Assembly (NCBI GenBank): GCA_023920165.1
Contig: CP089274.1
Span: 5,394,001 to 5,458,000, forward strand
Length of the DNA: 64,000 nt
Direction: 5' to 3'
Origin: Curvularia clavata
Lineage: Eukaryota
A program made the position numbers and the translations under genes. Under the pieces are notes generated by a model. That model saw nothing but the letters and a program-made list of their open reading frames with translations. It had not been told where the DNA came from and searched no databases. Of this stretch, positions 53,741 to 64,000 are shown one piece after another; the first letter of the stretch is position 1, and each line of letters starts with the position of its first letter.

Positions 53741-54592
53741 TCATGTAGAATCTGCAAAGCTCGTCCTCATGCTATCGCCCTGTGTGCTTTGGAGCTTGGC
53801 CTTTGCCTCTTCTATCCATGTCTCGAATCTAAATACGCCTGCTTGTACGGTGCGAATGGGGGTTACCTTTGCACCACCCAGATCCTCTCCCTCCTCTTCT
53901 CTCCGTCTCCCAGTTTCAAACTCTTCTTCATCAAACTCGTCACGGATAGTCGCGCTTCTACCTGTCTTTTGCAAGCTAGGTTGCACAGGTATCCAAGGCT
54001 GTGGGTGTCTGATGGGCGGATCCACCTCAGCCCCATCTTTGAGCTCCATACTGATATTGAAAGAACAGTTGGGGGGCAGGGGCGCGAGCATCGAAGTGCG
54101 AGTCGTCAGAGCAATCAAGGCGGCACGAAACTGCTCTGAGAGATTTACATCTACGTCGACATCCAGCGCCTTTGTTTTTCCTCTCTTCACGACACCACCC
54201 CCGTCTTCATTGTCAGACACTCCTTCGAACTCAATCTCCATGTTGCGGTCTGCCTTGTTCACAACGGGGAATCTACTGACGTCAAACATGTATCTCTCCA
54301 TGATTTTCGCACTGCCCACTGCGCCGTCATCTGAACTGCCTCCATAGCTAAACACGACAATGGCGAGCCTGGCGACGGTGCCATTCATGAGCTCCTCGCG
54401 CACAGCAGCGATGGCGTCTGTTATCCATTCGCAAACCAGCGGGTGGCGCGATTGGTAGACGGGCGTGTTGTGGAAGCGTGATTGGACAAACGAGGCGCGC
54501 GGGTAAAGCGAGCGGAGGTAGAGCAGCGTGTGTGTGTAGGCGGCAAGGAAGGTGGTGAAGTGGGCGAGGGTTTCGAGATAGGTCGACGCCAT
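53741..54592 (-). CDS. REV7: HORMA-domain protein, DNA polymerase zeta subunit Rev7
   Basis: Contains FLAAYTHTLLYLRSLYPRASF...PVYQSRHPLVCEWI, MERYMFDVSRFP and EQFRA...LAPLPPNCSFNISMEL, with a C-terminal TPIRTVQAGVFRFETWIEE. The first ATG is at 54592. Confidence 0.88.
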   Translation of the reverse strand: MASTYLETLAHFTTFLAAYTHTLLYLRSLYPRASFVQSRFHNTPVYQSRHPLVCEWITDAIAAVREELMNGTVARLAIVVFSYGGSSDDGAVGSAKIMERYMFDVSRFPVVNKADRNMEIEFEGVSDNEDGGGVVKRGKTKALDVDVDVNLSEQFRAALIALTTRTSMLAPLPPNCSFNISMELKDGAEVDPPIRHPQPWIPVQPSLQKTGRSATIRDEFDEEEFETGRRREEEGEDLGGAKVTPIRTVQAGVFRFETWIEEAKAKLQSTQGDSMRTSFADST

Positions 54593-55293
54593 GACTGGCT
54601 GGGGAGTCGTAGCGAAGGCCGTGTAACCGTTGACGCAGCAGAGCGTTGTGCGCCTGGCCGTCTTGGAGTTGTCCCGCTGCCTGTTCGTCCCAGAGAGCAA
54701 AGGAGGGGAGCGGGCATGACGCAGACGCGTCTTTGTCGCGTGTCTCGCCCGCTAGGCTATCGATAGGCGCATGCAGTCGCTGATTGGCATCGTGCACATG
54801 CTGTGCTGAGGGCGCCGGGCATTGTTGGGCGTAACAACGTGGCAGGCATTCCCTGGGTTGCAGACAAGTGAGCGAAAGGTGGGAGGGACTGTGTTTTCTA
54901 CCCGCCCCGGGAGAAGTCATCATCAATGCCCTGCCCTGCATGGGCTGAGTGAAGCAGCTGGCCTTCTACACCCAACCACGGTCCAGCCTTTACCCAGAGA
55001 AGCCGGCTTCAGTTCTTCTCTCACTGCCCACCCTTGCCCAGGCTGTGCCATTCGAGCTCAAGGCAGAAAAACATTGCTTCAGCTGCCAAAAAACCCGCCG
55101 CTTGGCCACCCCCACTACCCAGAGATTCACGGAGTGCCCCGCATTCCCGAGCGCGTTCTTTTTCCTCTGGTTCAATCGCCCAGCAAACACCACCGACAAA
55201 CGCGTCACCCGTCACAAACCCTACTCTCGCCAACCGAGTTGGGCAACGCTAGACGCGCTGACTAGCTCTGTACGCGCATGCCCCACGTTGACC

Positions 55294-58200
55294 ATGGAGG
55301 ACCAACTAGTCCAGCTGCTTTCAGCAACCCAGACCGCCCAGGAGGATACGCGCAAACAGGCTGAGCAGCAGCTGCTCTCGCTCTATGGCCACCAGGAGCT
55401 GCCCCTCGGCCTCATTGGCATAGCCTGCCATGACAGCGTGCCTCTCAACATTCGTCAGGCTGCCCTGCTGTACCTCAAGAACCTCGTCTTGGCCGGATGG
55501 AGCGACAACCTCGAGGGTTGGAAGGGACAAGTCTTGGTCACAGACGAGAACAAGGCTATATTACGACAGCAACTGCTCGCCCTCGCTACCTCCGACCAAA
55601 TTGACCGCAAGCTCAAGGCCGCCGCAGGCCTCGTCGTGAGCAAGATCGCCGCCGCAGACTACCCCATCGAATGGCCTGACCTGCTCGACAACCTGCTCAC
55701 CCTGATACCCAATGCGACCGATGGACAACTACACGGCGCTCTCAAGGTGCTCGGTGAGCTGGTCGAGGACTCGTTCAACGAGAATACTTTCTTTGGCGTG
55801 GCGCCGCAGATGATCAAGATCTTGTTCGATGTGGCGACCAACGACCAGAGGAAGCCGACGCTGAGGGCACTGGCCTGCAAGGTCTTCCACGGCTGCTTCG
55901 ACATTCTGGAGATGGTCATGGAGGATCACAAGGCTATGGTCAAGGGCTTTGCTGATGAGGTGCTCAAGGACTGGATGCCTTTCTTCATCAGCGTCTTGAA
56001 CACGCGGTTGCCAAACCCTCCTTCAATTGAGGAAGAGGAACAGGATGTCCCCTCTGCCACCCTCTACAAGGGTCAGATTGCCCTGAAACTGCAGGTAGTC
56101 AAGGTAAGCCACTACAAATGATCTGCAGCAATCGTCTTGTGCTCAGCATTCTCCAGGTCCTCATGCGCATCCGGTCTGTCTTCCCCGCCATTCTTTCCCC
56201 ACAAAGCATCGTTCTCTTCCAGGCGTGCTGGCAAGAGCTCTCATTACTAGAACCAGCATATTCCCTCATGTACATACAAGAAGACCGCCAAAGTAGGCTC
56301 GAGGACGCCGACGGACTGCCCTACACACTGGATTTCCTTATCCTCGAGGAGCTAGACTTCATGCAAGCCTGCCTTCGTGCACCACCCGTTCGCAGTCAAC
56401 TTGAGCAGGAACTCCAGAATCAGACACCCGAGACCTCTTGGGTCACTCAGGTCATGAAGTTGGCCGTCGCCTATGCACAAATCACAACCGAAGAGGAGGG
56501 ACTCTGGGACGTGGATGTTAACATCTTCCTGAGTGAGGAGACGAGCGTCACTGCAAACTACACGCCTCGCACGGCTTGTGGAGACCTTGTCATTAAGCTC
56601 GGCGAATGGCTTACGGAGCCTACCGTCAATGGTCTGTTGACATACACAAGAGCGCTCTACTCTGAATCAAAAGGCTGGAAGGCGGAAGAGGCTGCACTCT
56701 ACGTTCTCAACCAGCTTTTGGGCGACTTCCAGGACGTGGACAAGCAAATCAGCCCCGAGGCTGCGACTGGCTACGTAGACTTCATCCGCTATGCTATGCA
56801 GCAGCCTGACGCGTTCCTCCGAGCACGAGGCTACCTGGTCGCTGGAAGTTTGACAAGAACATCTGGGGACGCTCTGCAACAACTCGCAACGTCCTTCCTC
56901 GAGGCAAATCTGCAGGCCATTCCCAACGATGAGTCCGACGTTGTCCAAGTTTCTTGCATCCGGGCTCTGCAACACTACCTCCAGGCACTCCCACACTCCA
57001 TTACTCAGCCCCTGCAAAGCCCTATTATGGCGGCTATTAGCAATTACCTCGCTGCACAAGACATGTCGGAACTCAACGATGGCGATGACATCATGATCAC
57101 CTTGGTCGAGACCCTCAGAGACGCTATTCTCATCGATACCCGGATATGCATTACAGACAACGGCCTTGATACCCTCTTCCGAGTGGCTAGTCACCAGGCT
57201 TCCAACTTCCAACTGACCATGTTAGTGATTGAGGCGTTCGAGGAGGTGACCGAAACCATTGCTCGCATGGGTGGCGATGCGTACATTCAGTTATGCACGA
57301 GGGTTCTCCCGTCACTGACTGGGGCTTTCGATGTCGGCAGCTTGACAGAAGAAAATGCTCTGTGCAACTTCGCTGCAGATCTCCTTGCTGTGCTTGCTGA
57401 GCATGGTCCCGAACCGCTGCCTGCTGGCTTTGTCGCCACGACCATGCCGAAGCTTACACGACTTCTTCTTGGATCTACTGACGAGGAGTTGCTCAAGTCT
57501 GCTACAACTGCAGTGAAGAACATCATCTCCCATGACCACCACCAGCTCTTCGAGTGGCGGGATGACACCGGCAAGGCGGGTCTGGAGGTGACTCTGATCA
57601 TCGTCTCCCGTCTGCTGTCGTCATGCAGTGACCACGCTGCTGGAGAGGTTGGTGCCCTCGCTGCTGAGGTCGTAGAGAAAGCTGGCCACGAGCGACTTGG
57701 CCCTTACCTCGAGCAGCTGTTGCGGAGTGTTGCCGTGCGTCTCGCACAAGCCAAACAAGCCAATTTCATCCAGAGCCTGACGCTCGTGTTCGCGCGCCTG
57801 AGCTTAAATCATGCTTCTGAGGTGGTGGACTTTCTTGCGAGCCAGGATATTGACGGCGAGAATGGGTTGCAAGTCGTGCTTGCGAAGTGGCTTGAGAACT
57901 CAATCAACTTTGCTGGATACGATGAGATTCGACAAAAGTAAGTTACCTCTGTTTCCACACATTGGTCCTGTGAGTATGCTGACTTTGTCCAGTGTTATTG
58001 CTCTCTCAAAGCTATACGATTTGAAGGACCCCCGGGTTGCACAGGTTCAGGTGCAGGGCGATTTGATCCCAAATAACGACGGTCGTATTATGACTAGGAG
58101 TCGTGCCAAAGCTAGTAAGTCTCATTTGTATTCTTCTTCCTCTTCTTCTTCTTCTTCTATCCCTACGCTGTCTAGTTGTCATTATGTTGTGAAAAAAGCA

Positions 58201-58771
58201 TGTAGGCCGCCGCCGCCGACCCCAACTGTCCCACACTGGTGCAGTTGTCATAGTTATTCTTCGTTTAGTATACTCTCAGCACTTGTGGCTCTACTTCTAA
58301 AAGTAGCTCTATTTGCCACAGTCATTCATTACCGTGTTGATAGCTTGTCTTTGCCACGAATCCCTATCGGGCCTATCCACACACTGACAAGCAAATTCAG
58401 ATCCTGACAAGTATACAATAGTACCTGCGCCCCTCAAGATCCTCAAGGTCCTAGTCGTCGAACTCCAATCCGCCTCTGGTGCGCCTCTCGATGCCGCTGC
58501 AGCTGCCGAGCTTGCAGAGGAAGGCTCCGACGATGGCGACTGGGAGGACGAACCCAACCCTTTTGTCGACCTTGGCAGCGGCTTCACTAAGGAGCAACTC
58601 ATGGCGTTCGCAGCCGAAGAGCCGGGTGGTAGTGGTCGCCAGCGCGACGACGAGACGCAGAGCTTCCTCGTCGAGTTTTTCAAGCGCGCGTCGACGAGCC
58701 CGGGTTTCGCAGATGAGTTTAATCAGTTGACAGAGGAGGAGAGGCAAAGGTTAAGGGATTGTGCGGCGTAG
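55294..58771 (+). CDS. KAP114: Importin-9 / karyopherin Kap114-like importin-beta family protein (4 exons)
   Basis: Exons are 55294-56103, 56157-57937, 57993-58114 and 58401-58771. The IBN_N domain reads RKQAEQQL...RQAALLYLK...W, DYPIEWPDL. HEAT repeats follow, then the IPO9-type VQGDLI...RIMTRSRAK, YTIVPAPLKILKVLV and an acidic C-terminal loop. Confidence 0.9.
58132..58158 (+). repeat. (CTT)n microsatellite in importin intron 3
   Basis: ttcttcttcctcttcttcttcttcttc. Confidence 0.8.
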
Positions 58772-59334
58772 ATGGAGTGTAGTTTGAGGGCTTGATGCAA
58801 ATACACATATCTGACGCATTGAGAAGTGTTTGACTATATTAAAAGGAACGTTAGCGAAATACTATTGCATAGGACCAAGGCGTGAGAGATGATGGTATTT
58901 GCCGCGGACAGTGAGTTTGAACTCATTGTCAATCCAAGACAACTATGCCGAGACTGAAAAACCTCTCTGACAAACTCGATCCGCGAAGAGAAGCCGAAGA
59001 TCAGGCCTCTTTGTCAGAGCGTTCATGTTGTCATCTTCGTTGGGCTGTGCCCAAGCGGACTCCTCAACGTCGCGAAACCTCTACAAGTAAAGGTAGGTAG
59101 TCAAACTACAGGAATTTGTTATTGGCGAGGATAAACTAAAGCATCACTAGGGGTATGGCATGACTAGCGAAACACATGCGAAGAGAATGCAATCTGAGAG
59201 ATTGGGTTTGTTATTCGCTATCAAGTTCTCTCGATAACCACAAAGACAAATACCCTTCCAAGCTTACTGCCAGGATGCAAGAGTTGAAACTCAAGCGAGG
59301 GCTGTTCCCATTCGTAGTATGCCTTCCATTTATC

Positions 59335-59801
59335 CTATTTGCCCTCATATTTTCCCTTAAGGGTCAGCCTGGCGAACGAATCGGAGATGTTACGGCCTGA
59401 TGGAGTGTCCTCCATCTTGACATCGGTGTAGTCTGCAGCGGCCGAAACAGACTGCTGACGAGCAGTCTGTTGGGAAACTGCGCCTGAAACAACACCAAGC
59501 TCTTGGCCCGAAACGGTTTGGTGCTCGCTCTGCTTAATTGATAGTTAGAACAGTTGACAAATGGTAAGGAAATTGCACTTACAGTATGCGGCGAATGGAG
59601 AGCAGTCCCAACAGTTCCGCCGCCCCGAGCCGCGTTGGCAGCTGCCTTGCGAGCTGCCCATTTCCTCTTCCTTTGGGCTAGCCGGCGAGCAGTTCTCTCC
59701 TACACGATAGTAAGTATTTGCACAAGCATGGCAAGGAAGTCTCTTACACTAGGGCCTTTCTTTTCGCCATCGCTCTTCTTGGAAGGCTCTTGCGAATTCA
59801 T
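59335..59801 (-). CDS. Small basic orphan protein (~122 aa, 3 exons), paralog B
   Basis: The ATG is at 59801. Exons 59801-59748, 59699-59583 and 59532-59335 are all phase 0, separated by 48- and 50-nt GTAAG...AG introns (the second has a CTAAC branch). The peptide is MNSQEPSKKSDGEKKGPS|ERTARRLAQRKRKWAARKAAANAARGGG...HT|QSEHQ...DVKMED...FARLTLKGKYEGK*. It is not in the ORF track. Confidence 0.65.
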
Positions 59802-61309
59802 GATTTAGTCTTTATATTGGAAATGCTGATATAAACTTCGTTGGCGCAAGTGTGTATATGTGTTATAAGAAAGTGGAATATTGACATGTAGTGGTGTGTT
59901 TGTCAGAGCAAAAAGAAAGCTACAGCAGAGTGGTAGGAGATAGCCTCTTTGTACTCCTGTGGCGGCGGCGAGCAAACGAAAGAGCCGCAGGTGAAGGTGA
60001 TTTGTGAGAGCCAAAGCGCCACCAGCAATGCTTGGCATGATGTATGTGAAGGTGAACCTGAGAAGCCATTTCGACAGGCTTGATTGCTGTCAAGCTATGT
60101 GCCAGGTAGCAGTAAAAAACTATTATCAAACACTAAGTGCTTTCGGGAGCCTGGCTAAGACTTTATACGTACACATGTGAGCTTTCAGTCGAGAGGAAAA
60201 TGGAGATGATACCAAATAAATTTCTCTAGAGATGACCGAATAGAAACATAACGGTTGCCAGAGCTGGAATGAAATAAGTTGTATGAAACAACTGGCTGAT
60301 TAACAGACACACCGAGCTATAGCGCGGGGATATGGCTGTTGGGTGTCTTGACGTGACGTTATGATTCGCGTTGCCTAATACAGTATACTATGCAAACATC
60401 ATAGCCGCACACGTCAAACTTTTCCGTATTCGTAAGCCGTGGCGCCTATCTAGCTCGGCAGCTTTGTATGCCATAGTTGAATATAAACTCTCAACCATAA
60501 TGCCGCAGCTACTCGCCCAGTGTGATAAATCGAAATCTTCAGCTTCGCGAGACACGAGGCAGATATAAGTATATCCAGACTTGGTATAATCTGTTATACA
60601 AGATGTACACTATGATGTTAATTTTGGCTATACATAAGCTGGGCAGTTTTGTCCAACCGTTTCGGTATACAGCCAAGAGTCGGGCACTGTCCGCGACAGT
60701 CTCTCACGACAGAACGATAATATATGCGATGCGAGTGGTGATATGTGTCTCTAGACGTTCAGTGTTAGTAAGGTATTCGATATTCTACTAGCCTACTAGA
60801 TGTCATTCGGCCAGAACATGACATTCAGGTTGTAGGTTAAACCCCACGGGACGTGGGACTGGTGAATTTTGGGCGGGCGGGTTCGTCATTAGTGGCGTCC
60901 TATAGGCCAGCACTCCAATTAATGCCCAGCAAATGGCACACAAACCCGCATGGCGGCCATGCAAGCCGTCAACCACGAACCAACCAGTCCCGCAATGCGT
61001 TCCGCGATCCTCAACGATACGCCTCGTGGAGCAATAATATGGGGTTGTGGGAGGGTTAGGCGACGCTAGCAGATTGCGTTATCGGCATAGCTGTCGGCAC
61101 AACCCCAGGACAAGGAAAGTGTCGTGCGCAGAAAATAGGTAGCCCTAGGTACGAGCCTCCGTGAGCCAACTAATACATCCTTTGCCCTACTCCACAACCG
61201 TCATTGGCTCAGTGCATGGCGAGTGCAATCGATTAAGTATCTGGTAGAGTGCCTTTTCGCCCGCAGTCTTCAACCTTCCACTTACCCCTCCATCCAAAAC
61301 TCTCAGACA

Positions 61310-64000
61310 ATGTCCGTCATCGATACCACCAAGGACCTGTCAGCGCTCTTCACTCAACAGGTTCAAGCTACCCCCGACCTGATCGCTCTAGAAGACGAAA
61401 AGAACACATACACGTACCAGGAGCTCCACGATAAAGTTGCTGCCCTTGCCGACCGACTGCGGGGTCATGGCGTTGGCCGTGATAGCCTGGTGGGCGTCTT
61501 GTTGCCGCGATCCGCCGACTATGTAATCGCCTGCTTAGCAGCCCTTCGCGCTGGCGGTGCGTTTCTGGTTCTGGAATTAGCCTACCCTGTCGATCTCCTG
61601 GCAGACGTGCTCGAGGACTCACAGCCTACGGCAATAGTTACTGTAAGTGCTGAAGTCGGTAAGATCAAGGGCTCCACACCGCTCGTTGTTCTGGATGAAA
61701 CCAGCTCGGATACGAACGGTGTATTGGACGAATCCCAACTCAAACCTTTGCCCGATGATACCGATTTGGACCGCCTGGCATTTGTAGCCTACTCCAGTGG
61801 AACAACCGGCAAGCCGAAAGGTATCGCTAACCCTCACCGAGCGCCGGTACTCTCCTACGACCTCCGGTTTGGGCTATCAGACCTACAGCCAGGTGACCGT
61901 GTAGCCTGCAATGTCTTCTTCGTATGGGAGATCATACGTCCACTGTTGCGAGGAGCAACAGTTGTGGCTGTGCCAGACGACGTGAGCTACGATCCGCGCA
62001 TGCTGGTCGACCTACTTGCTTCCAAGAAGATCACTGAGACTCTTTTCACGCCTACCCTTTTCTCTGCTGTTCTTGCACGACATCAGGCGCTGAGCACTCG
62101 GTTACCGAACTTAAAGACGGTGTGGCTCAACGGCGAAGTAGTGACGACCGATCTTGCACGCCGTGGTATTAAGGCCCTGCCCAACACTCGCTTGCTCAAT
62201 GTCTACAGTGCATGTGAGACACACGAGATAGCCTGTGGCGACATCAAGGACATGCTTGATAAGATTGACCAGAATGCTGCATATTGCCCAGTAGGGCCGC
62301 CGCTCATTGACAGGAAGTACATTTACATTTTGGATGAAAGCGGCCAGAAAGTAGAAGACGGCGAAAATGGCGAGCTCTGCGTCGGTGGACATCTGCTTGC
62401 TCGAGGATACCTTAATCTTCCAGAAACTACAGAAAAAGCCTTCATCAAGAACCCGTACAGCTCCAAGGTCGGTGCTAGAATGTACAGGACTGGTGACAAA
62501 GCGCGTATGCTTCCCAATGGCCTACTCGAAATCACCGGACGTGTCGGCGCTATGATTAAGATCCGTGGATACTCGGTGGTTCCAGGCAAAGTTGAGAATG
62601 CAATCCTTAGCCATTTGGCCGTCAGCCATTGTGCTGTGATCGCTTATGGGGAAGGCATCGACCGACAATTGGTGGCATATATTGTACGAGACAAGAACAC
62701 ATCAGCAGAACGCCCAGAAGTCGAGATCGACAGAACTGGACGCAGCGCGACTGCCAGGCGCATGCTTATGGCATATCTTGCTCATTACATGATACCTGCC
62801 TTGTGGGTGGAAATGGACGAGCTACCAACAAGCGATGTTTCTGGAAAGGTCAACCTCAAGGCTTTACCCCCTCCAAGACCCGCCTCACCTTCAGGAAGCG
62901 CACGTAAGTATGAGCAGAGTCCGATCACTATCGAGCAGATAACCCAGATCTGGGCATCGATTTTGAATGTCAGCACGAGCTCCATCACTCCTGAATACAA
63001 CTTCTTCGACCTCGGCGGCCATTCACTTCTACTTGCCGACCTGGCGGCGCGTCTGTCGAACACTTTCGGTTTTCGGGTGCCCGTCGCCCGTCTCGCTCAA
63101 CCTGCAACACTGAATGGACACCTGGACACGGTTCGAGCTATACGAGATGGTCACACTGCCGAGGTGCAAGAGAATCTCCCAGCCGTATTGCGTGCAGACT
63201 CCGTCTTGGACAAGGAGATCCAGCCACAAAGCGCCAAAATATGTGCACTCAAAGATGCGAAGACTGTGCTTCTTACAGGTGTTACTGGTTTCTTGGGTGC
63301 TTTCCTTCTGCGCGACTTGCTGGAAAGCACATCTGCTCAAATCGTCTGTATGGTTCGATTTTCTGATTCTTCGCAAGATGACATTCCAGCCGGTATTGCC
63401 CGAATACGTAGGAATTTACTCGACTTTGGCCTCTGGAGCGACAGCATCATGGAACGTGTAGAGATTCTTCCAGGAAACTTGTCTCGCAAGCGCTTCGGTC
63501 TCGCACCAGACACATTCAAGGAGTTGGCTGAGCGCATCGATGTTATCGTTCACGCTGCCGCTACTGTCAACTTGGTGTACCCTTATGCTGCATTGCAAAA
63601 GCCCAACGTTGGCGGTACTCGGGAAGTTCTACGTCTTGCAGCTCAGGGCGGTGCGACGGTACAACACATCTCTACGAACGGAGTGCTATTGCCCGCAAAG
63701 AGCCGGGAGGGATGGCCAGAAGATGCAATGCTTGGTGTTGACGACGTTGTTAAGCTTGCCGATGGTTACGGACAAACCAAATGGGTCGCGGAACAACTTG
63801 TTTTGGAGGCTGGCCGGAGGGGTATTCCCGTCAAAATTCATCGTCTGGGTACTATCAGCGGTCACAGCGAGACAGGTGCTGCCAATGCCTGGGATCTGCT
63901 AACAGCTTTGATTGTCGAGTCTATTAGGATTGGCCATTACCCGGACGTTGAAGGTTGGCGTGCAGAAATGACACCAGTCGACTTTGTTAGCAAAGCTATT
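61310..64000 (+). CDS. ATRR: NRPS-like reductase (A-T-R...), glycine betaine reductase ATRR ortholog; 3' part beyond window
   Basis: The frame is open from ATG 61310 to the window end and is missing from the ORF track because it has no stop. The N-terminus MSVIDTTKDLSALFTQQV...LVGVLLPRS...AALRAGGAFLVLELAYP closely matches my recollection of A. nidulans ATRR. The A-domain has YSSGTTGKPKG and YRTGD, the T-domain NFFDLGGHSL, and the R-domain LLTGVTGFLG and GYGQTKWVAE. Confidence 0.9.
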   Translation, partial: MSVIDTTKDLSALFTQQVQATPDLIALEDEKNTYTYQELHDKVAALADRLRGHGVGRDSLVGVLLPRSADYVIACLAALRAGGAFLVLELAYPVDLLADVLEDSQPTAIVTVSAEVGKIKGSTPLVVLDETSSDTNGVLDESQLKPLPDDTDLDRLAFVAYSSGTTGKPKGIANPHRAPVLSYDLRFGLSDLQPGDRVACNVFFVWEIIRPLLRGATVVAVPDDVSYDPRMLVDLLASKKITETLFTPTLFSAVLARHQALSTRLPNLKTVWLNGEVVTTDLARRGIKALPNTRLLNVYSACETHEIACGDIKDMLDKIDQNAAYCPVGPPLIDRKYIYILDESGQKVEDGENGELCVGGHLLARGYLNLPETTEKAFIKNPYSSKVGARMYRTGDKARMLPNGLLEITGRVGAMIKIRGYSVVPGKVENAILSHLAVSHCAVIAYGEGIDRQLVAYIVRDKNTSAERPEVEIDRTGRSATARRMLMAYLAHYMIPALWVEMDELPTSDVSGKVNLKALPPPRPASPSGSARKYEQSPITIEQITQIWASILNVSTSSITPEYNFFDLGGHSLLLADLAARLSNTFGFRVPVARLAQPATLNGHLDTVRAIRDGHTAEVQENLPAVLRADSVLDKEIQPQSAKICALKDAKTVLLTGVTGFLGAFLLRDLLESTSAQIVCMVRFSDSSQDDIPAGIARIRRNLLDFGLWSDSIMERVEILPGNLSRKRFGLAPDTFKELAERIDVIVHAAATVNLVYPYAALQKPNVGGTREVLRLAAQGGATVQHISTNGVLLPAKSREGWPEDAMLGVDDVVKLADGYGQTKWVAEQLVLEAGRRGIPVKIHRLGTISGHSETGAANAWDLLTALIVESIRIGHYPDVEGWRAEMTPVDFVSKAI

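Noticed and set aside
7817..58771. Apparent clustering of genome-maintenance genes (MSH5, HIR1, REV7, KAP114, RBR ligase)
   Set aside because: They are spread over 50 kb among unrelated genes, with no shared regulatory element seen.
1..64000. tRNA, rRNA, snRNA, riboswitch, CRISPR, intact transposon, TGA-CTA readthrough signals
   Set aside because: I looked by eye for the hallmark motifs and at several gene stop-codon contexts and found none. A tRNAscan or Infernal run would be decisive.

Overview
This is eukaryotic DNA from a filamentous ascomycete. Introns are short (about 50 nt) and GT-AG with CTRAC branch points; a Dothideomycete/Pleosporales origin is my inference. I found 14 well-supported protein genes, in order: an AflR-like Zn2Cys6 transcription factor, MSH5, HSP78, EF-1beta, a multi-pass membrane protein, HIR1/HIRA, a U1-type zinc-finger (WBP4-like) protein, a DHA1 MFS transporter, a bHLH transcription factor, a conserved Pro/Tyr-rich fungal protein, an RBR (RNF216-like) E3 ligase, a LYC1-like GNAT acetyltransferase, REV7 and importin-9/KAP114. 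A fifteenth gene, the ATRR-type NRPS-like reductase, runs off the window end and is absent from the ORF track. A U18/snR18 box C/D snoRNA sits in EF-1beta intron 1. The least explained signal is a pair of small, multi-exon orphan genes on the minus strand (about 52.1-53.0 kb and 59.3-59.8 kb). They share intron positions, one intron length, donor-flank sequence and a GPS|xxTxRRxAQR motif, and one copy may start at ACG. Other points of interest are a GC-AG intron in the bHLH domain, an E3-ligase intron that is fully open and ends in a TAG serving as both acceptor and stop, an unusually long importin intron, and a probable decayed gene near 30 kb. All calls were made by eye; no database searches were run.
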